From Candidatus Moraniibacteriota bacterium (GTDB lineage Bacteria; Patescibacteriota; Minisyncoccia; Moranbacterales; UBA2206), in the NCBI GenBank assembly GCA_030679995.1, contig JAUXSK010000015.1, forward strand, positions 3,607 through 67,606: a stretch of 64,000 nt of DNA. The letters run 5' to 3'. Both the position numbers and the translations under genes were made by a program. The notes below the pieces were generated by a model. The model saw only the letters and a program-made list of their open reading frames with translations, had not been told where the DNA came from and did no database searches. Position 1 is the stretch's first letter. Each line of letters begins with the position of its first letter. Shown here one piece after another: positions 40,260 to 50,399 of this stretch.

Positions 40260-42056
40260 ATGAGCCAAAAAAATGTCCGCAATTTCTGCATAATCGCCCA
40301 CATCGATCATGGCAAGTCGACCCTTTCGGATCGGCTTTTAGAATTGACCCACACCGTGGAACAGCGCAATATGAAGGCTCAGTTGTTGGATCAGATGGAT
40401 TTGGAGCGTGAGCGGGGCATTACGATCAAGTTGCAGCCGGTGCGGATGGACTATGAACTCAACGGGGAAAAATATGTCTTGAATCTGATTGACACGCCGG
40501 GGCATGTCGATTTCGGCTATGAGGTTTCCCGGTCGTTGGCGGCAGTGGAAGGAGCGGTACTTTTGGTGGATGCGACCAAGGGCGTGCAGGCGCAGACTTT
40601 GTCGAACCTATATCTGGCTATCGAACAGGGCTTGGAAATAATTCCGGTGGTCAATAAGGTTGACCTGCCCAATGCTGACGCGCCGAAAGTGAAAAAGGAA
40701 ATCATCCACGTTTTGGGTTGTAAAGAAGAAGATATTTTCGAAGTTTCCGGCAAGACCGGTTTGGGTGTAGACAAACTTTTGGAAGAAATCGTGAAAACCG
40801 TACCGTATCCGAAAGGTGATACCGACAAGCCGTTGCGCGCCCTTATTTTCGATTCCAAATATGACACGTATAAAGGCGTGGTGGCATATGTGCGGGTGCT
40901 GGATGGCAACGTGAAGCGCGATGACGAGGTGGCGATGATGGCGGGGATGGCCGACAGCGACGTGGTGGAAGTAGGTCATTTCAAACCGGATATGCAAAAA
41001 GTCGACTACTTGACGGCGGGCGATATCGGCTATCTGGCCACCGGTTTCAAGAGCGTGGAATATTGCCGGGTAGGCGATACGATCACCTTGGCCGGATATC
41101 GCGGCAAAGTTGAAAGTCTGCCCGGCTACAAAAAAGTGACACCGATGGTCTACGCTTCTTTCTATCCAATCGAAGGCGATGACTATAATTTTATGCGCGA
41201 CGCTTTGGACAAGCTGAAACTTAATGACGCGGCTTTCGAATTCGAGCCGGAATCCAGCCAGGCCTTGGGACGGGGATTCCGGTGCGGTTTTCTGGGGATG
41301 CTGCATTTGGAAATTATCCAGTCAAGGCTGGAGAGGGAATTTGAAATCAGTCCGACCATCACCACCCCGAGCGTCGTTTATGAAGTGGAGGTGAAAAACC
41401 AGACCGAAAGGACGAAAATCTATTCCGCCACCGAAATGCCGGACGCGTCGGTGATCGACAAAATCTATGAACCCTATGCTAAGCTGGACATCATTTCGCC
41501 GGCCGCGTATCTAGGTTCGATTATGGAAGTGATGCGCAATACGCGGGCGCAATATCTGAACACGGAATATATCGACAGTGAACGGATCATCTTGTCTTTC
41601 GATTGCCCTTTGACGGATGTCATCACCAATCTGCACGATGATTTGAAAAGCGCTTCTTCGGGCTACGCTTCGATGAATTACGAAATCAAGGACTATCGGC
41701 CGAACGATCTGGTAAAGATGGATATTTTGGTGGCCGGGGAGAAATTCGACGCTTTTTCGCGCATCGTGCCGAGGGAGAAAGCCAATTCGGAAGGCAAGTC
41801 GATTGTGGAGAAATTGAAAAATTCGATTCCGAAGCAGAATTTCTTGATCGCCCTGCAGGCGGCTATCGGGGGCAAAGTGATCGCGCGCGAAAGCATCCAG
41901 GCTTTCCGTAAAGATGTGACCAGCGGATTGTATGGCGGGGACATCACGCGCAAACGCAAGCTTTTGGAAAAACAGAAGAAGGGGAAAAAGAAGATGAAAA
42001 GCATCGGCCGCGTAAGCATTCCCTCGGACGCCTTCTTGGCGGTTTTAAAAAGATAA
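40260..42056 (+). CDS. lepA: elongation factor 4 (LepA)
   Basis: 598 aa; NFCIIAHIDHGKSTLSDRLL, DTPGHVDF, NKVDL GTPase motifs plus LepA C-terminal domain. Confidence 0.95.
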   Translation: MSQKNVRNFCIIAHIDHGKSTLSDRLLELTHTVEQRNMKAQLLDQMDLERERGITIKLQPVRMDYELNGEKYVLNLIDTPGHVDFGYEVSRSLAAVEGAVLLVDATKGVQAQTLSNLYLAIEQGLEIIPVVNKVDLPNADAPKVKKEIIHVLGCKEEDIFEVSGKTGLGVDKLLEEIVKTVPYPKGDTDKPLRALIFDSKYDTYKGVVAYVRVLDGNVKRDDEVAMMAGMADSDVVEVGHFKPDMQKVDYLTAGDIGYLATGFKSVEYCRVGDTITLAGYRGKVESLPGYKKVTPMVYASFYPIEGDDYNFMRDALDKLKLNDAAFEFEPESSQALGRGFRCGFLGMLHLEIIQSRLEREFEISPTITTPSVVYEVEVKNQTERTKIYSATEMPDASVIDKIYEPYAKLDIISPAAYLGSIMEVMRNTRAQYLNTEYIDSERIILSFDCPLTDVITNLHDDLKSASSGYASMNYEIKDYRPNDLVKMDILVAGEKFDAFSRIVPREKANSEGKSIVEKLKNSIPKQNFLIALQAAIGGKVIARESIQAFRKDVTSGLYGGDITRKRKLLEKQKKGKKKMKSIGRVSIPSDAFLAVLKR

Positions 42057-42070
42057 ACATAACAATTCCA

Positions 42071-42367
42071 ATGGACCCCGTTTCTCTAGGCGTCATAGCT
42101 TTTTTTATAGTGATCAATATCGCGGCTTTTTTGATTATGTTTTTTGATAAACTCAGCTCGCGCAAAGCGGGTGCCGAAAGGATTTCGGAAGGCCTGCTGT
42201 TTTTTATGGCTACGGTTTTCGGCAGTATCGGGGTTTATGCTGGGATGTTCGCTTTCCGCCACAAAACCAGGAAGTGGTATTTCATTATCGGAATCCCTGT
42301 GCTTATCCTGCAAAATTGCGCGTTTTTGTACGTCTTTTACGGTTTTTTGGCCGAAGGCGCCTTTTGA
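42071..42367 (+). CDS. DUF1294-family small membrane protein
   Basis: 98 aa; ...FFDKLSSRKAGAERISEGLLFFMATVFGSIGVYAGMFAFRHKTRKWYF... typical of DUF1294. Confidence 0.6.
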   Translation: MDPVSLGVIAFFIVINIAAFLIMFFDKLSSRKAGAERISEGLLFFMATVFGSIGVYAGMFAFRHKTRKWYFIIGIPVLILQNCAFLYVFYGFLAEGAF

Positions 42368-42465
42368 TTTGTAGTACCTATTGACAGGTAGGTTTTTTTG
42401 CGGTATAAATCACAGTTACTTAATGAGGGTGTTTTTTAAAAATTTATCAGCACGGGGGTGCGGAT

Positions 42466-42831
42466 ATGGGATCAGTTATGGCGGAAAATTCTCCTGAAGG
42501 GAGATATATCAGGATTATGTTTGACGATGCCAACGTAAAGTACGCCAAGGTTTTTTCACAGCATGGGGATGTAAAAATCATCTTGAATGCGGAAAACTCT
42601 TTTGCGGATGATGTGACTGCTTTGGAAGAGGAGATAAACAAAATTTTTGCGGATATGGTCAGTCCGTTAAAATTATCAGTCAAAGTGGAGCTCGACTCGG
42701 AATTGCGGATCGACAAGTACATCGTCGAGATGTGCGGGGTCGGGAAATGTAATTTCGGAGATTTTTTGGACAGAGTGGTGTCCAGTCTCAAGGTTGGGGA
42801 GTTGTTGGTATATTTACTGCCCAAGAAATAA
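42466..42831 (+). CDS. hypothetical protein
   Basis: 121 aa ORF with putative TTGACA/TATAAA promoter upstream and a strong terminator downstream; no recognisable domain. Confidence 0.4.
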   Translation: MGSVMAENSPEGRYIRIMFDDANVKYAKVFSQHGDVKIILNAENSFADDVTALEEEINKIFADMVSPLKLSVKVELDSELRIDKYIVEMCGVGKCNFGDFLDRVVSSLKVGELLVYLLPKK

Positions 42832-42858
42832 AGGGCAGCCCCAAAAAGATCAACCTAG

Positions 42859-42895
42859 GGAGGGTCGGATTCATCCGATGCCTCCCTTTTAATTT
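42859..42895 (+). terminator. intrinsic terminator
   Basis: gggagg-gtcggat...atccgat-cctccc composite stem followed by ttttaatttt. Confidence 0.65.
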
Positions 42896-42973
42896 TCCCG
42901 GAATTCCGCCGTTTGTGCGTCAGGGGATTTTATTGTAGAATTCAGGCAAAGCTAATAATTAGCCGGAAACGAT

Positions 42974-43423
42974 ATGAAAAAAATACCAGCCAGATTTTCG
43001 GTGGGGGAGAACGATATCAATGCGGCGGATATTCCGGCGGTGAATGGGTTGCTGAAACAATTGAATTCTAGCGCTTCGGAAATAGATTACAAAAAAATAA
43101 AGGAAGTTATGCGTTATGGTGTAATCATGACAATACGTGATTCTGCTCAAAAAAACGTCCTGATTGGGATGGGCACGCTGATACCGTTGCGGAAGATATT
43201 CTCATTTTCCGGCACGATCGAGGACGTGGTCGTGAGCGAGGAGTGTCGCGGTCAGGGATTAGGTCGAAAGATAATGCAGGCCCTGTTGGACAAGAGCCGG
43301 TCACTGGGGATGAAATGTGTCGATCTTACGAGCCGGCCGCAAAGGAAAATCGCCAACCAGCTCTACCAGTCGATCGGATTCGAGCGTCGCAAGACGAATG
43401 TCTATCGCTTTTTTAATAAATAA
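42974..43423 (+). CDS. GNAT-family N-acetyltransferase
   Basis: 149 aa; acetyl-CoA-binding motif RGQGLGRKIMQALL. Confidence 0.75.
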   Translation: MKKIPARFSVGENDINAADIPAVNGLLKQLNSSASEIDYKKIKEVMRYGVIMTIRDSAQKNVLIGMGTLIPLRKIFSFSGTIEDVVVSEECRGQGLGRKIMQALLDKSRSLGMKCVDLTSRPQRKIANQLYQSIGFERRKTNVYRFFNK

Positions 43424-43432
43424 TTCCGAAAT

Positions 43433-44500
43433 TTGAAAACAAAAATCCTAAAATATGTTTTGGCGGCGCTTTTTTTGATAGTTTCTTTTCTGGTTTGGCG
43501 TTCGGTCGATCGGGCAGTAAATGTTCCAGGGGCCAGTATTTGGGCGGTGCCGGTAAGTTTCTTTTCAGTTTATTTCGTGTTGGCATATCTGAATACCATC
43601 GTTATCAAACGGATTGAAATCTTGCAATGGCTGTTTTCAGCTTCTATTTTGTTAAGCTTCATTTTCGTGCGTAGCCTGTGGCACTTGAATGCGGTTTTCG
43701 CGGCCTATGTTTTCTTGGCTTGGGGGATAACTAAGATAGTAGATGATCTGCAACTGAATATCCGGGTAAGCTTATGGAAATCCATCCGTGCCGGCAGCGC
43801 GTTGGTCCTGCTGGCGATTTCCTTGATGATTGCCAGCCAATATTACGCGTCGGCAAAGGATTTCGGTGCCGAACGGATTATCCCGCAATTCCGCATAAGT
43901 TCGGTTTCGGGAAATCTGACTTCCAAAATTTTGGCGATGGTGAATCCCGGTTTCAAGGATATCAGCCAAGAAGGATTGACAGTCGATCAATTCATATTGC
44001 AGATACAAGAGAAGCAGGAAAATGATGTGGTAATCTCGAGCGCTATGGATAGCCAAATCGATCAGGCGATTGAAAAATCCAATCCTGGTTTGACCGACGC
44101 GCAAAAGAAATTATTGAAAGATGAAGCCTTGAAAAAAGCCGCGAATACCAGTGTGGAACTGGGCCGGGAACAGCAAATCTTGATTTTGCAGGAAGGGCGG
44201 CGTAAATTTTCAGAAATTTATGGTAGTAACTTGGTGGGTGATGAAAAAATTGCGGATGTTTTTTCGGGTATCGTAAACCGTAAAATCGACCAATATTTCG
44301 GCTCGGAATCGGTGGCTCCAGGGAAAACATCTTCATTGCCGGCTATAATGGCTATCGGATTATTCCTGACGGTTTTGTCGTTGGGCTCGGCCTTGAATCT
44401 AGTTTGGATTTTGTTGGCCGGCTGGATATTCTGGGTCTTTAGGGAGACCGGCCTGGTGCGCATCATACGGGTTCCGATTGAAATGGAGGTTATCGAATAG
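43433..44500 (+). CDS. hypothetical membrane protein
   Basis: 355 aa; about 4 N-terminal TM, charged central region, 2 C-terminal TM. Confidence 0.5.
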   Translation: MKTKILKYVLAALFLIVSFLVWRSVDRAVNVPGASIWAVPVSFFSVYFVLAYLNTIVIKRIEILQWLFSASILLSFIFVRSLWHLNAVFAAYVFLAWGITKIVDDLQLNIRVSLWKSIRAGSALVLLAISLMIASQYYASAKDFGAERIIPQFRISSVSGNLTSKILAMVNPGFKDISQEGLTVDQFILQIQEKQENDVVISSAMDSQIDQAIEKSNPGLTDAQKKLLKDEALKKAANTSVELGREQQILILQEGRRKFSEIYGSNLVGDEKIADVFSGIVNRKIDQYFGSESVAPGKTSSLPAIMAIGLFLTVLSLGSALNLVWILLAGWIFWVFRETGLVRIIRVPIEMEVIE

Positions 44501-44592
44501 AAGATAAAGTTAGCACTCTTAACGAGGGATTGCTAATTTGTCGTTTTCGTGCTAGATTGGATTGGTAAGAAATAAGGCATTTTTTCAAATAT

Positions 44593-45684
44593 ATGGCGAA
44601 AAATTATTATGATATTTTGGGGGTTTCCAAAGGCGCGACGGATGATGAGATCAAGAAAGCCTATCGTAAATTGGCGCACAAATACCACCCGGATAAGTCC
44701 GGCGGGGATGAGGCTAAATTCAAGGAAATCAATGCGGCCTATCAGGTCTTATCGGACCAGAGCAAGCGTCAGCAATATGACCAATTCGGGCAAACTTTCG
44801 AGGGTGGCAGCGGCGCAGGCAACGGTTTTTCCGGTTTCGATTTTTCCGGCTTCCAAGGTTTTGGCGGACAGAATAGCGGCTTCGAATTCGGCGGGGAAGG
44901 TTTTGAGGACATTTTTTCCAATATTTTTGGCGGTAATTCCAGGGCGCGCCGGCGTTCGCGTGGCACCGATATCCAAGTGGATGTGGAGATCAGCTTTGCA
45001 GAAATGGTCAATGGAATAGAGAAGATCATTGAATTATACAAAAGGGTGGTGTGCGATCGTTGCTATGGTTCAGGTGGTGAACCCCAGGCTGATATGAAAA
45101 CTTGTCCGACTTGCAAAGGTTCTGGCCAGGTTGAAACGATGCGGCGCAGCCTGTTTGGCAGTTTCTCGCAAGTTTCCGAGTGCCCGGAATGCCATGGGGA
45201 GGGCAAGGTGTATGAAAAGAAATGTTCCAAATGCGGAGGGGATGGACGGGTCAAAGAAGAACAGAAAATCAAATTGAATATTCCGGCGGGTATCGCCGAC
45301 GGCCAGACGATGTCGATGCAAGGCCAGGGCGAGGCCGGTGAGAAAGGCGCGCCGGCCGGCGATCTGTATATCAATATCCATGTTTTGCCGCACAAGAAAT
45401 TCAAACGCAAAAGCCAGGATATTTTGAGCACGGAATTCGTGCCGTTTTCGGTGGCGGCTCTAGGCGGAAAAATCGAAATTGAAACTATTAATGGCACGCT
45501 TATTCTGAAAATCCCGACTGGCACCCAATCAGGTGAAATCTTCCGCATCAAGGGTGCTGGCGTGCCGGAACTCAATGGTCGCGGCGTAGGCAACCAATTG
45601 GTGACGGTAGTGGTCAAAGTTCCCAAAAGTTTGAGCCGCGAGCAGAAAGATTTGCTGGAGAGATTGAAAAACCAGGGTATCTAG
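44593..45684 (+). CDS. dnaJ: chaperone DnaJ
   Basis: 363 aa; J-domain YYDILGV...HPDK, G/F-rich region, four CxxCxGxG zinc-finger repeats. Confidence 0.9.
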   Translation: MAKNYYDILGVSKGATDDEIKKAYRKLAHKYHPDKSGGDEAKFKEINAAYQVLSDQSKRQQYDQFGQTFEGGSGAGNGFSGFDFSGFQGFGGQNSGFEFGGEGFEDIFSNIFGGNSRARRRSRGTDIQVDVEISFAEMVNGIEKIIELYKRVVCDRCYGSGGEPQADMKTCPTCKGSGQVETMRRSLFGSFSQVSECPECHGEGKVYEKKCSKCGGDGRVKEEQKIKLNIPAGIADGQTMSMQGQGEAGEKGAPAGDLYINIHVLPHKKFKRKSQDILSTEFVPFSVAALGGKIEIETINGTLILKIPTGTQSGEIFRIKGAGVPELNGRGVGNQLVTVVVKVPKSLSREQKDLLERLKNQGI

Positions 45685-45702
45685 CGCCGCAATGCAAAAA
45701 AA

Positions 45703-45732
45703 CGTTCCATTGAAAATGTGGAACGCTTTTTT
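45703..45732 (+). terminator. intrinsic terminator after dnaJ
   Basis: cgttcca (45703-09) / tggaacg (45719-25), loop ttgaaaatg, then cttttttg. Confidence 0.7.
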
Positions 45733-45828
45733 GAATGGCTATGGTTGCGTTTTGCTGCCCATAGGGCCAGTACTATGGGAAGATAAAACCAATGTGGGAT
45801 TGTTATATTAATACATTGCCTGACAAAT

Positions 45829-45857
45829 TTGACTTACTAGTTTTTTAGTATTATAAT
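45829..45857 (+). promoter_or_regulatory. consensus sigma70-type promoter
   Basis: TTGACT (45829-34), 17-nt spacer, TATAAT (45852-57); a second TTGACA overlaps at 45820-25; followed by SD AAGGAGG (45948-54) 5 nt before the ATG at 45960. Confidence 0.6.
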
Positions 45858-45959
45858 GACAAATTAATTTGGAAAAAACGTAAATATAACCGGCTTGAAC
45901 CTTTAAAAAATAATAATTAGCTTAGGAATATATTTTTGGGCCTAAATAAGGAGGAAGGG

Positions 45960-46694
45960 ATGCAACAAAGAAAAGTCTGTTTTGTCGAATCATTGAAAAT
46001 TGCGCCATTCGAAAAGGAAGAGTTGTATGTCCTGATGATGATTTTCGACGGATTTTCCGAAATGATGAAATTTCGGGAATCAAAGTCTGCCATATCGGAT
46101 GAGGAAAATATTTCTTTTAGGGAGCAATTGGATGCTCTGAAGCAAGAAAAGTGCGGTCTATTCTATATTTGCCAAAAAATAATATCGGGTTATCGTGATT
46201 TTTCTGAGGGATGGGTTCCTGAGTTCGCCTGTTGCCAATGCCCCATGATGACTGGCGATATTGCTGGATCAGAGGCGGCGCAAAATTTCATAGAAAGATT
46301 CAAAATGCTTGCGGTTAATTTTGAAACGCGCCTGATGGATTTTGCGCAAAAGACCAAGATAGTCGACGGATTGGTTATGCAAAAAGCTCCGGAAAAACCG
46401 ATTGGTGTGGGTAAGGCAGTGAAAGCGGAAAAAAGGCACAAAAAACCCGTGTCTGCCCCGGTAAAGCGGAAAATTAAAGGAAAATCGCCGAAAAAATCTC
46501 AACCGATAAAAATCGGATTCGAGATACACATGGATGGAGAGGCCGTATCACTACCATTCGATGGTACGATGGAAGGGGCGATCAAAAAAGCCAAATATGT
46601 CGCCAAAAGCGTGGTCGCGACATTTGAGGTAGTTGAGTTCACGCCTGACAATCAAGAAGGCGTGGTCTGTTATAGTACCGAAAAAGATTCCTAA
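45960..46694 (+). CDS. hypothetical Cys-rich protein with Lys-rich linker
   Basis: about 244 aa from the SD-supported ATG at 45960 (MQQRKVCF...); motifs CGLFYIC, FACCQCPMM; Lys-rich stretch KAVKAEKRHKKPVSAPVKRKIKGKSPKK; no recognisable domain. Confidence 0.45.
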   Translation: MQQRKVCFVESLKIAPFEKEELYVLMMIFDGFSEMMKFRESKSAISDEENISFREQLDALKQEKCGLFYICQKIISGYRDFSEGWVPEFACCQCPMMTGDIAGSEAAQNFIERFKMLAVNFETRLMDFAQKTKIVDGLVMQKAPEKPIGVGKAVKAEKRHKKPVSAPVKRKIKGKSPKKSQPIKIGFEIHMDGEAVSLPFDGTMEGAIKKAKYVAKSVVATFEVVEFTPDNQEGVVCYSTEKDS

Positions 46695-46766
46695 AATAGT
46701 ATCGGAATCTGTGCAGAGTGCCTATATAGGCCCGCTAATCGTGAGATTAGCGGGCTGTTTTTTTAA

Positions 46767-48167
46767 ATGCAATATTTTCTGCGCATTATTATGGCAAGAA
46801 TATCTTTTTCGAGGTTGAGCGAAGATACGAATGGGAGTAGACTGGAGAGTATGAAACAAAAAACCGCCCTCGAAATCCTTAAGCTCGGATATAACGTTTT
46901 TCTGACCGGTCCGGCCGGCTCAGGTAAGACTTATCTCTTGAAACAATATATCGATTATCTGAAAAGCCGCGACATCGGCGTGGCAGTTACGGCTTCCACT
47001 GGCATTGCCGCCACCCATATGAACGGGCAGACGATCCATAGTTGGTCGGGTATGGGCATCAGTGAAACTTTCAATGAAGCTGATTTCGATAAGCTCAAAA
47101 AAAGAGGTTACCAGCAAGAGCGCTTCAAAAGAACCAAGGTTTTGATCATCGACGAAATCTCGATGTTGCACGCGCATCAGCTGGATATCGTCAATAGTAT
47201 CTGTAAAAGATTCAAGGAACCGTTTTTGGCTTTCGGCGGATTGCAAGTCATTTTGTGCGGGGATTTTTTCCAGTTGCCGCCGGTCACGAAATTCAAAGAG
47301 GAAGCGCGTTTCGTTATCGAATCCGACGCCTGGCGGGAGATGGATCCGAAAGTCTGTTATCTGGAAGAACAGCATCGCCAAGAGGATCGGGAGATGCTCA
47401 AGATTTTGAATGATATCCGTTCCCAATCATGCGATGAAAAAACCAAAGAACTTCTGATCTCCCGCGCGAACATTGAAATTGAAAACACCCTCAGGCCCAC
47501 GCGTCTCTTCACTCACAATGCCAACGTGGACGCAATCAACGCTTTAGAGTTGGGAAAAATTAAAGCGGAAGCCAAACTGTTCCGGATGACGGATAACGGC
47601 AATGAGTATCTGGTCGCTTCGGTGAAAAAGGGGTGTTTGGCGCCGGAAAATTTGACGCTCAAAAAAGGCGCTATCGTGATGTTCGTAAAAAACAATTTCG
47701 ACCGCGGCTATGTCAACGGCACGCTGGGCGAAGTGATCAGCTTTGACCGCAAAGGGATACCAATCGTGAAAACCGTGTCCGGCAAGACCATCGTCGCCAC
47801 GCCGGAGAAATGGTCCATCGAAGAAAACGACGAATCTTTGGCTTCCATTTCCCAGATCCCGCTGCGCCTGGCGTGGGCGATCACCGTCCACAAAAGCCAA
47901 GGTATGACCTTGGATGCGGTGGAGATGGATCTGAGCAAATCTTTCGAATATGGTATGGGCTATGTCGCCCTCTCGCGCGTCCGCACGCTCTCCGGCATCA
48001 AGCTCTTGGGCATCAACAGCCGCGCCCTGCAAGTCAATCCGAAAGTCTTCGCTCTCGATAAACTCCTGGCCGAATCTTCCCGCGACAATGTCCGCAATCT
48101 CACCCAGTTGGGGCAACTGAAGAAAAAGCCCGAACCAGGGAAACCTGCAAAACGGCGTGGGAAATAA
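46767..48167 (+). CDS. PIF1/RecD-family ATP-dependent DNA helicase (AAA_30 superfamily-1)
   Basis: Walker A LTGPAGSGKT, motif ...LIIDEISML..., C-terminal TVHKSQGMTLD; probable true start at MKQKTALE (46848). Confidence 0.75.
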   Translation: MQYFLRIIMARISFSRLSEDTNGSRLESMKQKTALEILKLGYNVFLTGPAGSGKTYLLKQYIDYLKSRDIGVAVTASTGIAATHMNGQTIHSWSGMGISETFNEADFDKLKKRGYQQERFKRTKVLIIDEISMLHAHQLDIVNSICKRFKEPFLAFGGLQVILCGDFFQLPPVTKFKEEARFVIESDAWREMDPKVCYLEEQHRQEDREMLKILNDIRSQSCDEKTKELLISRANIEIENTLRPTRLFTHNANVDAINALELGKIKAEAKLFRMTDNGNEYLVASVKKGCLAPENLTLKKGAIVMFVKNNFDRGYVNGTLGEVISFDRKGIPIVKTVSGKTIVATPEKWSIEENDESLASISQIPLRLAWAITVHKSQGMTLDAVEMDLSKSFEYGMGYVALSRVRTLSGIKLLGINSRALQVNPKVFALDKLLAESSRDNVRNLTQLGQLKKKPEPGKPAKRRGK

Positions 48168-48240
48168 GAATCTGCCAAAGAAGGATATGTGGATATCCTG
48201 GCGTTTTTGTTTGGGGTGTTTTCGATATATAATTAGTGAG

Positions 48241-49068
48241 ATGGGTAAACATATTAAAATTAATCATATGGAATATCAGGATTTTATCGTAGAGGTTTTG
48301 GAGGAAGCTTCCGGAATAGCCAGGGATAATTTCGGGAAGGTGTCCGGGGTCGCGAAGGCGGGAGATAATAATCAGGTCCTCACGGAGACTGATTTGGAAA
48401 TAGGCCAAATGATAGTGGGAAAAATACAAAAATATTTTCCGACGCACAATATCATTGATGAAGAAGCTGGAGTTATCGATAAAAAATCGAATCTGACTTG
48501 GGTTGTTGATCCGATCGACGGCACGAGCAATTTCGCCAACGGAATCCCTTTGTACGGGATAATGATCGGTCTTTTGGAAAATGACGCGCCTATCGCGGGC
48601 GGCATCGCCTTGCCAAGCTATGCAGAGATCTATGTCGCTGAAAAAGGCCAAGGCGCGTATTGCAATGGAAAAAAGATCGCGGTCAGCCAGGAGGTTGATT
48701 TGAAGAAAGTTCTGGTGGCGTATGGCATTGATGGGCATCAGGAGAATCCGGAATCGACGAGGGGTGAATGCGGCCTATTAGCGGAAATAGTTTTGAATAT
48801 CCGCAATCTCAGGATAAGTAACAGCGTTTTTGATGCGGCGATGGTCGCCCGGGGGAAATACGGGGCTTGGCTGAATCGAACCAGCAAGATTTGGGACAAC
48901 GTGGCCCAGCAAATTATCATTGAGGAGGCGGGCGGAATTTATACCGATTTTTTTGGAAGCCCGGTCGATTATGCAAATCACATAAACAGAGCTGAAGATA
49001 ATTTTACTTTTCTGGCGGCTCCTCCGGAGCTGCATAAAAAATTAGTCCAAATAATCAAAACCAAGTAA
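48241..49068 (+). CDS. inositol monophosphatase-family phosphatase (IMPase/SuhB-like)
   Basis: WVVDPIDGTSNFANGIP metal-binding motif; ORF opens at 48157 but that overlaps the helicase, so the Met at 48241 is preferred. Confidence 0.75.
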   Translation: MGKHIKINHMEYQDFIVEVLEEASGIARDNFGKVSGVAKAGDNNQVLTETDLEIGQMIVGKIQKYFPTHNIIDEEAGVIDKKSNLTWVVDPIDGTSNFANGIPLYGIMIGLLENDAPIAGGIALPSYAEIYVAEKGQGAYCNGKKIAVSQEVDLKKVLVAYGIDGHQENPESTRGECGLLAEIVLNIRNLRISNSVFDAAMVARGKYGAWLNRTSKIWDNVAQQIIIEEAGGIYTDFFGSPVDYANHINRAEDNFTFLAAPPELHKKLVQIIKTK

Positions 49069-49093
49069 GGAATCTTTAAATCAGTATAAAATT

Positions 49094-49477
49094 ATGAAAA
49101 CTATTTTAGTCGATGCCGTGGGCGGTATCGTGGATGGCGAGGGGAATGTTTTTAGGGAAATGCATGGGATGTTGGAAAGATTCGTAAATAGAAAAATCAT
49201 TTTGACGAATGCTGACTACGAAGCCGCAAATCAATATAAATTGAATGACGCTCCATACGAAGTTTTCACTTTGAGACATGAGCCTGAAAAGACTGATCCG
49301 GAATATTTCAAAAAAATGCTTGTGCATTTCGGTTTTGAAAAAGACGATGTTGTCTATTTTGAGCATAGCGAGGAGGCGGCAAGAAGCGCCGGGTCTATCG
49401 GCATCAAAACTTATCATTATGATGAAAACAAAAAAGACCTTGTCGCGCTCAAAAAGTTTTTAATGGAGAATCTATGA
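49094..49477 (+). CDS. small HAD-like hydrolase-fold protein (putative)
   Basis: 127 aa; N-terminal ILVDAVGGIVD resembles HAD motif I; weak. Confidence 0.4.
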   Translation: MKTILVDAVGGIVDGEGNVFREMHGMLERFVNRKIILTNADYEAANQYKLNDAPYEVFTLRHEPEKTDPEYFKKMLVHFGFEKDDVVYFEHSEEAARSAGSIGIKTYHYDENKKDLVALKKFLMENL

Positions 49478-49621
49478 AAAATGCCGATATGCCAGCAGAA
49501 AAACTGAAAATAAAATTCACCGTCGGAAAAACCGGACGCAAATGGGAGGCTTGTTTATTTGGAGGATAGCCTTATAATAAAAATACGATAGTCCGGAATA
49601 AATCTTTAAGTATAAATCCAA

Positions 49622-50122
49622 ATGGATCTCGGGAAATTGTTAGTGGGCCTTGGCGTGTCGCCCCAATTGACGCAGGACATTTCTTTGTTCATCGTGGTCG
49701 CTATCCTGAGTTTCGTCTTCGGTATGTTCATCGGGCGCTACAAGCTGATCACGATCCTTATCAATATTTATGTAGCCTATGCGGTCACGATGAGCGTGCC
49801 GGCCAAATATTTTTCGGATTATGTTTATGAACTGGTTTTCTTTTTGGCGGCCATCGTAGTCCTGACTTTGATCAGTAAACAACTGTTTGAAATATATATT
49901 TCCGGATCTGGTTCCGGTTTTTTGTGGCGCGTGTTCGTAATGAGTTTTTTGGAGGTGGTTTTTTTGCTCAGTCTTGTTTTGTGGATGGTTCCCAAAGGCG
50001 TGGCGTTGGAATATGTCTCTCCGATGGCATATGAATATCTGGCCACGGAAAACGCCCATTTGGCATGGATGATAATCCCGATGGCTTTTATGTTTTTCAT
50101 CCATAAACGGCTGAACCGGTAG
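49622..50122 (+). CDS. hypothetical membrane protein
   Basis: 166 aa; 5 predicted TM; no recognisable domain. Confidence 0.5.
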   Translation: MDLGKLLVGLGVSPQLTQDISLFIVVAILSFVFGMFIGRYKLITILINIYVAYAVTMSVPAKYFSDYVYELVFFLAAIVVLTLISKQLFEIYISGSGSGFLWRVFVMSFLEVVFLLSLVLWMVPKGVALEYVSPMAYEYLATENAHLAWMIIPMAFMFFIHKRLNR

Positions 50123-50226
50123 CTATGGCAGGGAAAGCATTGACGGGTTTGGAAATGATGCTATAATAGCGGAAGGTTATTTGAATGATAATCCTGGTTA
50201 TTTTTTGACAAAAATTAGAATATGAT

Positions 50227-50299
50227 GCGCCCATAGCTCAGTCGGTAGAGCAGTTGCCTTTTAAGCAAACGGTCCCAAGTTCGAGTCTTGGTGGGCGCA
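50227..50299 (+). tRNA. tRNA-Lys (anticodon UUU)
   Basis: cloverleaf folded by hand: acceptor gcgccca/tgggcgc, D-arm gctc...gagc, anticodon loop cTTTTaa, T-arm ccaag-ttcgagt-cttgg, discriminator A; no encoded CCA. Confidence 0.9.
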
Positions 50300-50307
50300 C
50301 ACAGCAT

Positions 50308-50327
50308 AAATCCCGCAAGGGATTTTT
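50308..50327 (+). terminator. intrinsic terminator after tRNA-Lys
   Basis: aaatccc-GCAA-gggattt (GNRA tetraloop) followed by tt. Confidence 0.55.
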
Positions 50328-50342
50328 AAATTGGGAATAATC

Positions 50343-50399
50343 GCGCCCATAGCTCAGTCGATAGGTTTGCCAGCTGGCGGACTTTTAAACAAGCGGTCC
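50343..50399 (+). pseudogene. truncated/degenerate tRNA-Lys-like duplicate (5' two-thirds; T-arm and 3' acceptor strand missing)
   Basis: first 18 nt identical to tRNA-Lys (gcgcccatagctcagtcg); retains cttttaa anticodon-loop sequence and gcggtcc, but there is no ttcgagt T-loop and no tgggcgc 3' acceptor strand; followed by a hairpin with the same aaatcc/ggattt arms. Confidence 0.45.

Noticed and set aside
49478-49621. 26-aa ORF (MPAEKLKIKFTVGKTGRKWEACLFGG) between the HAD-like gene and the membrane protein
   Set aside because: Too short, with no SD or promoter support, and no recognisable motif. Treated as a chance ORF.
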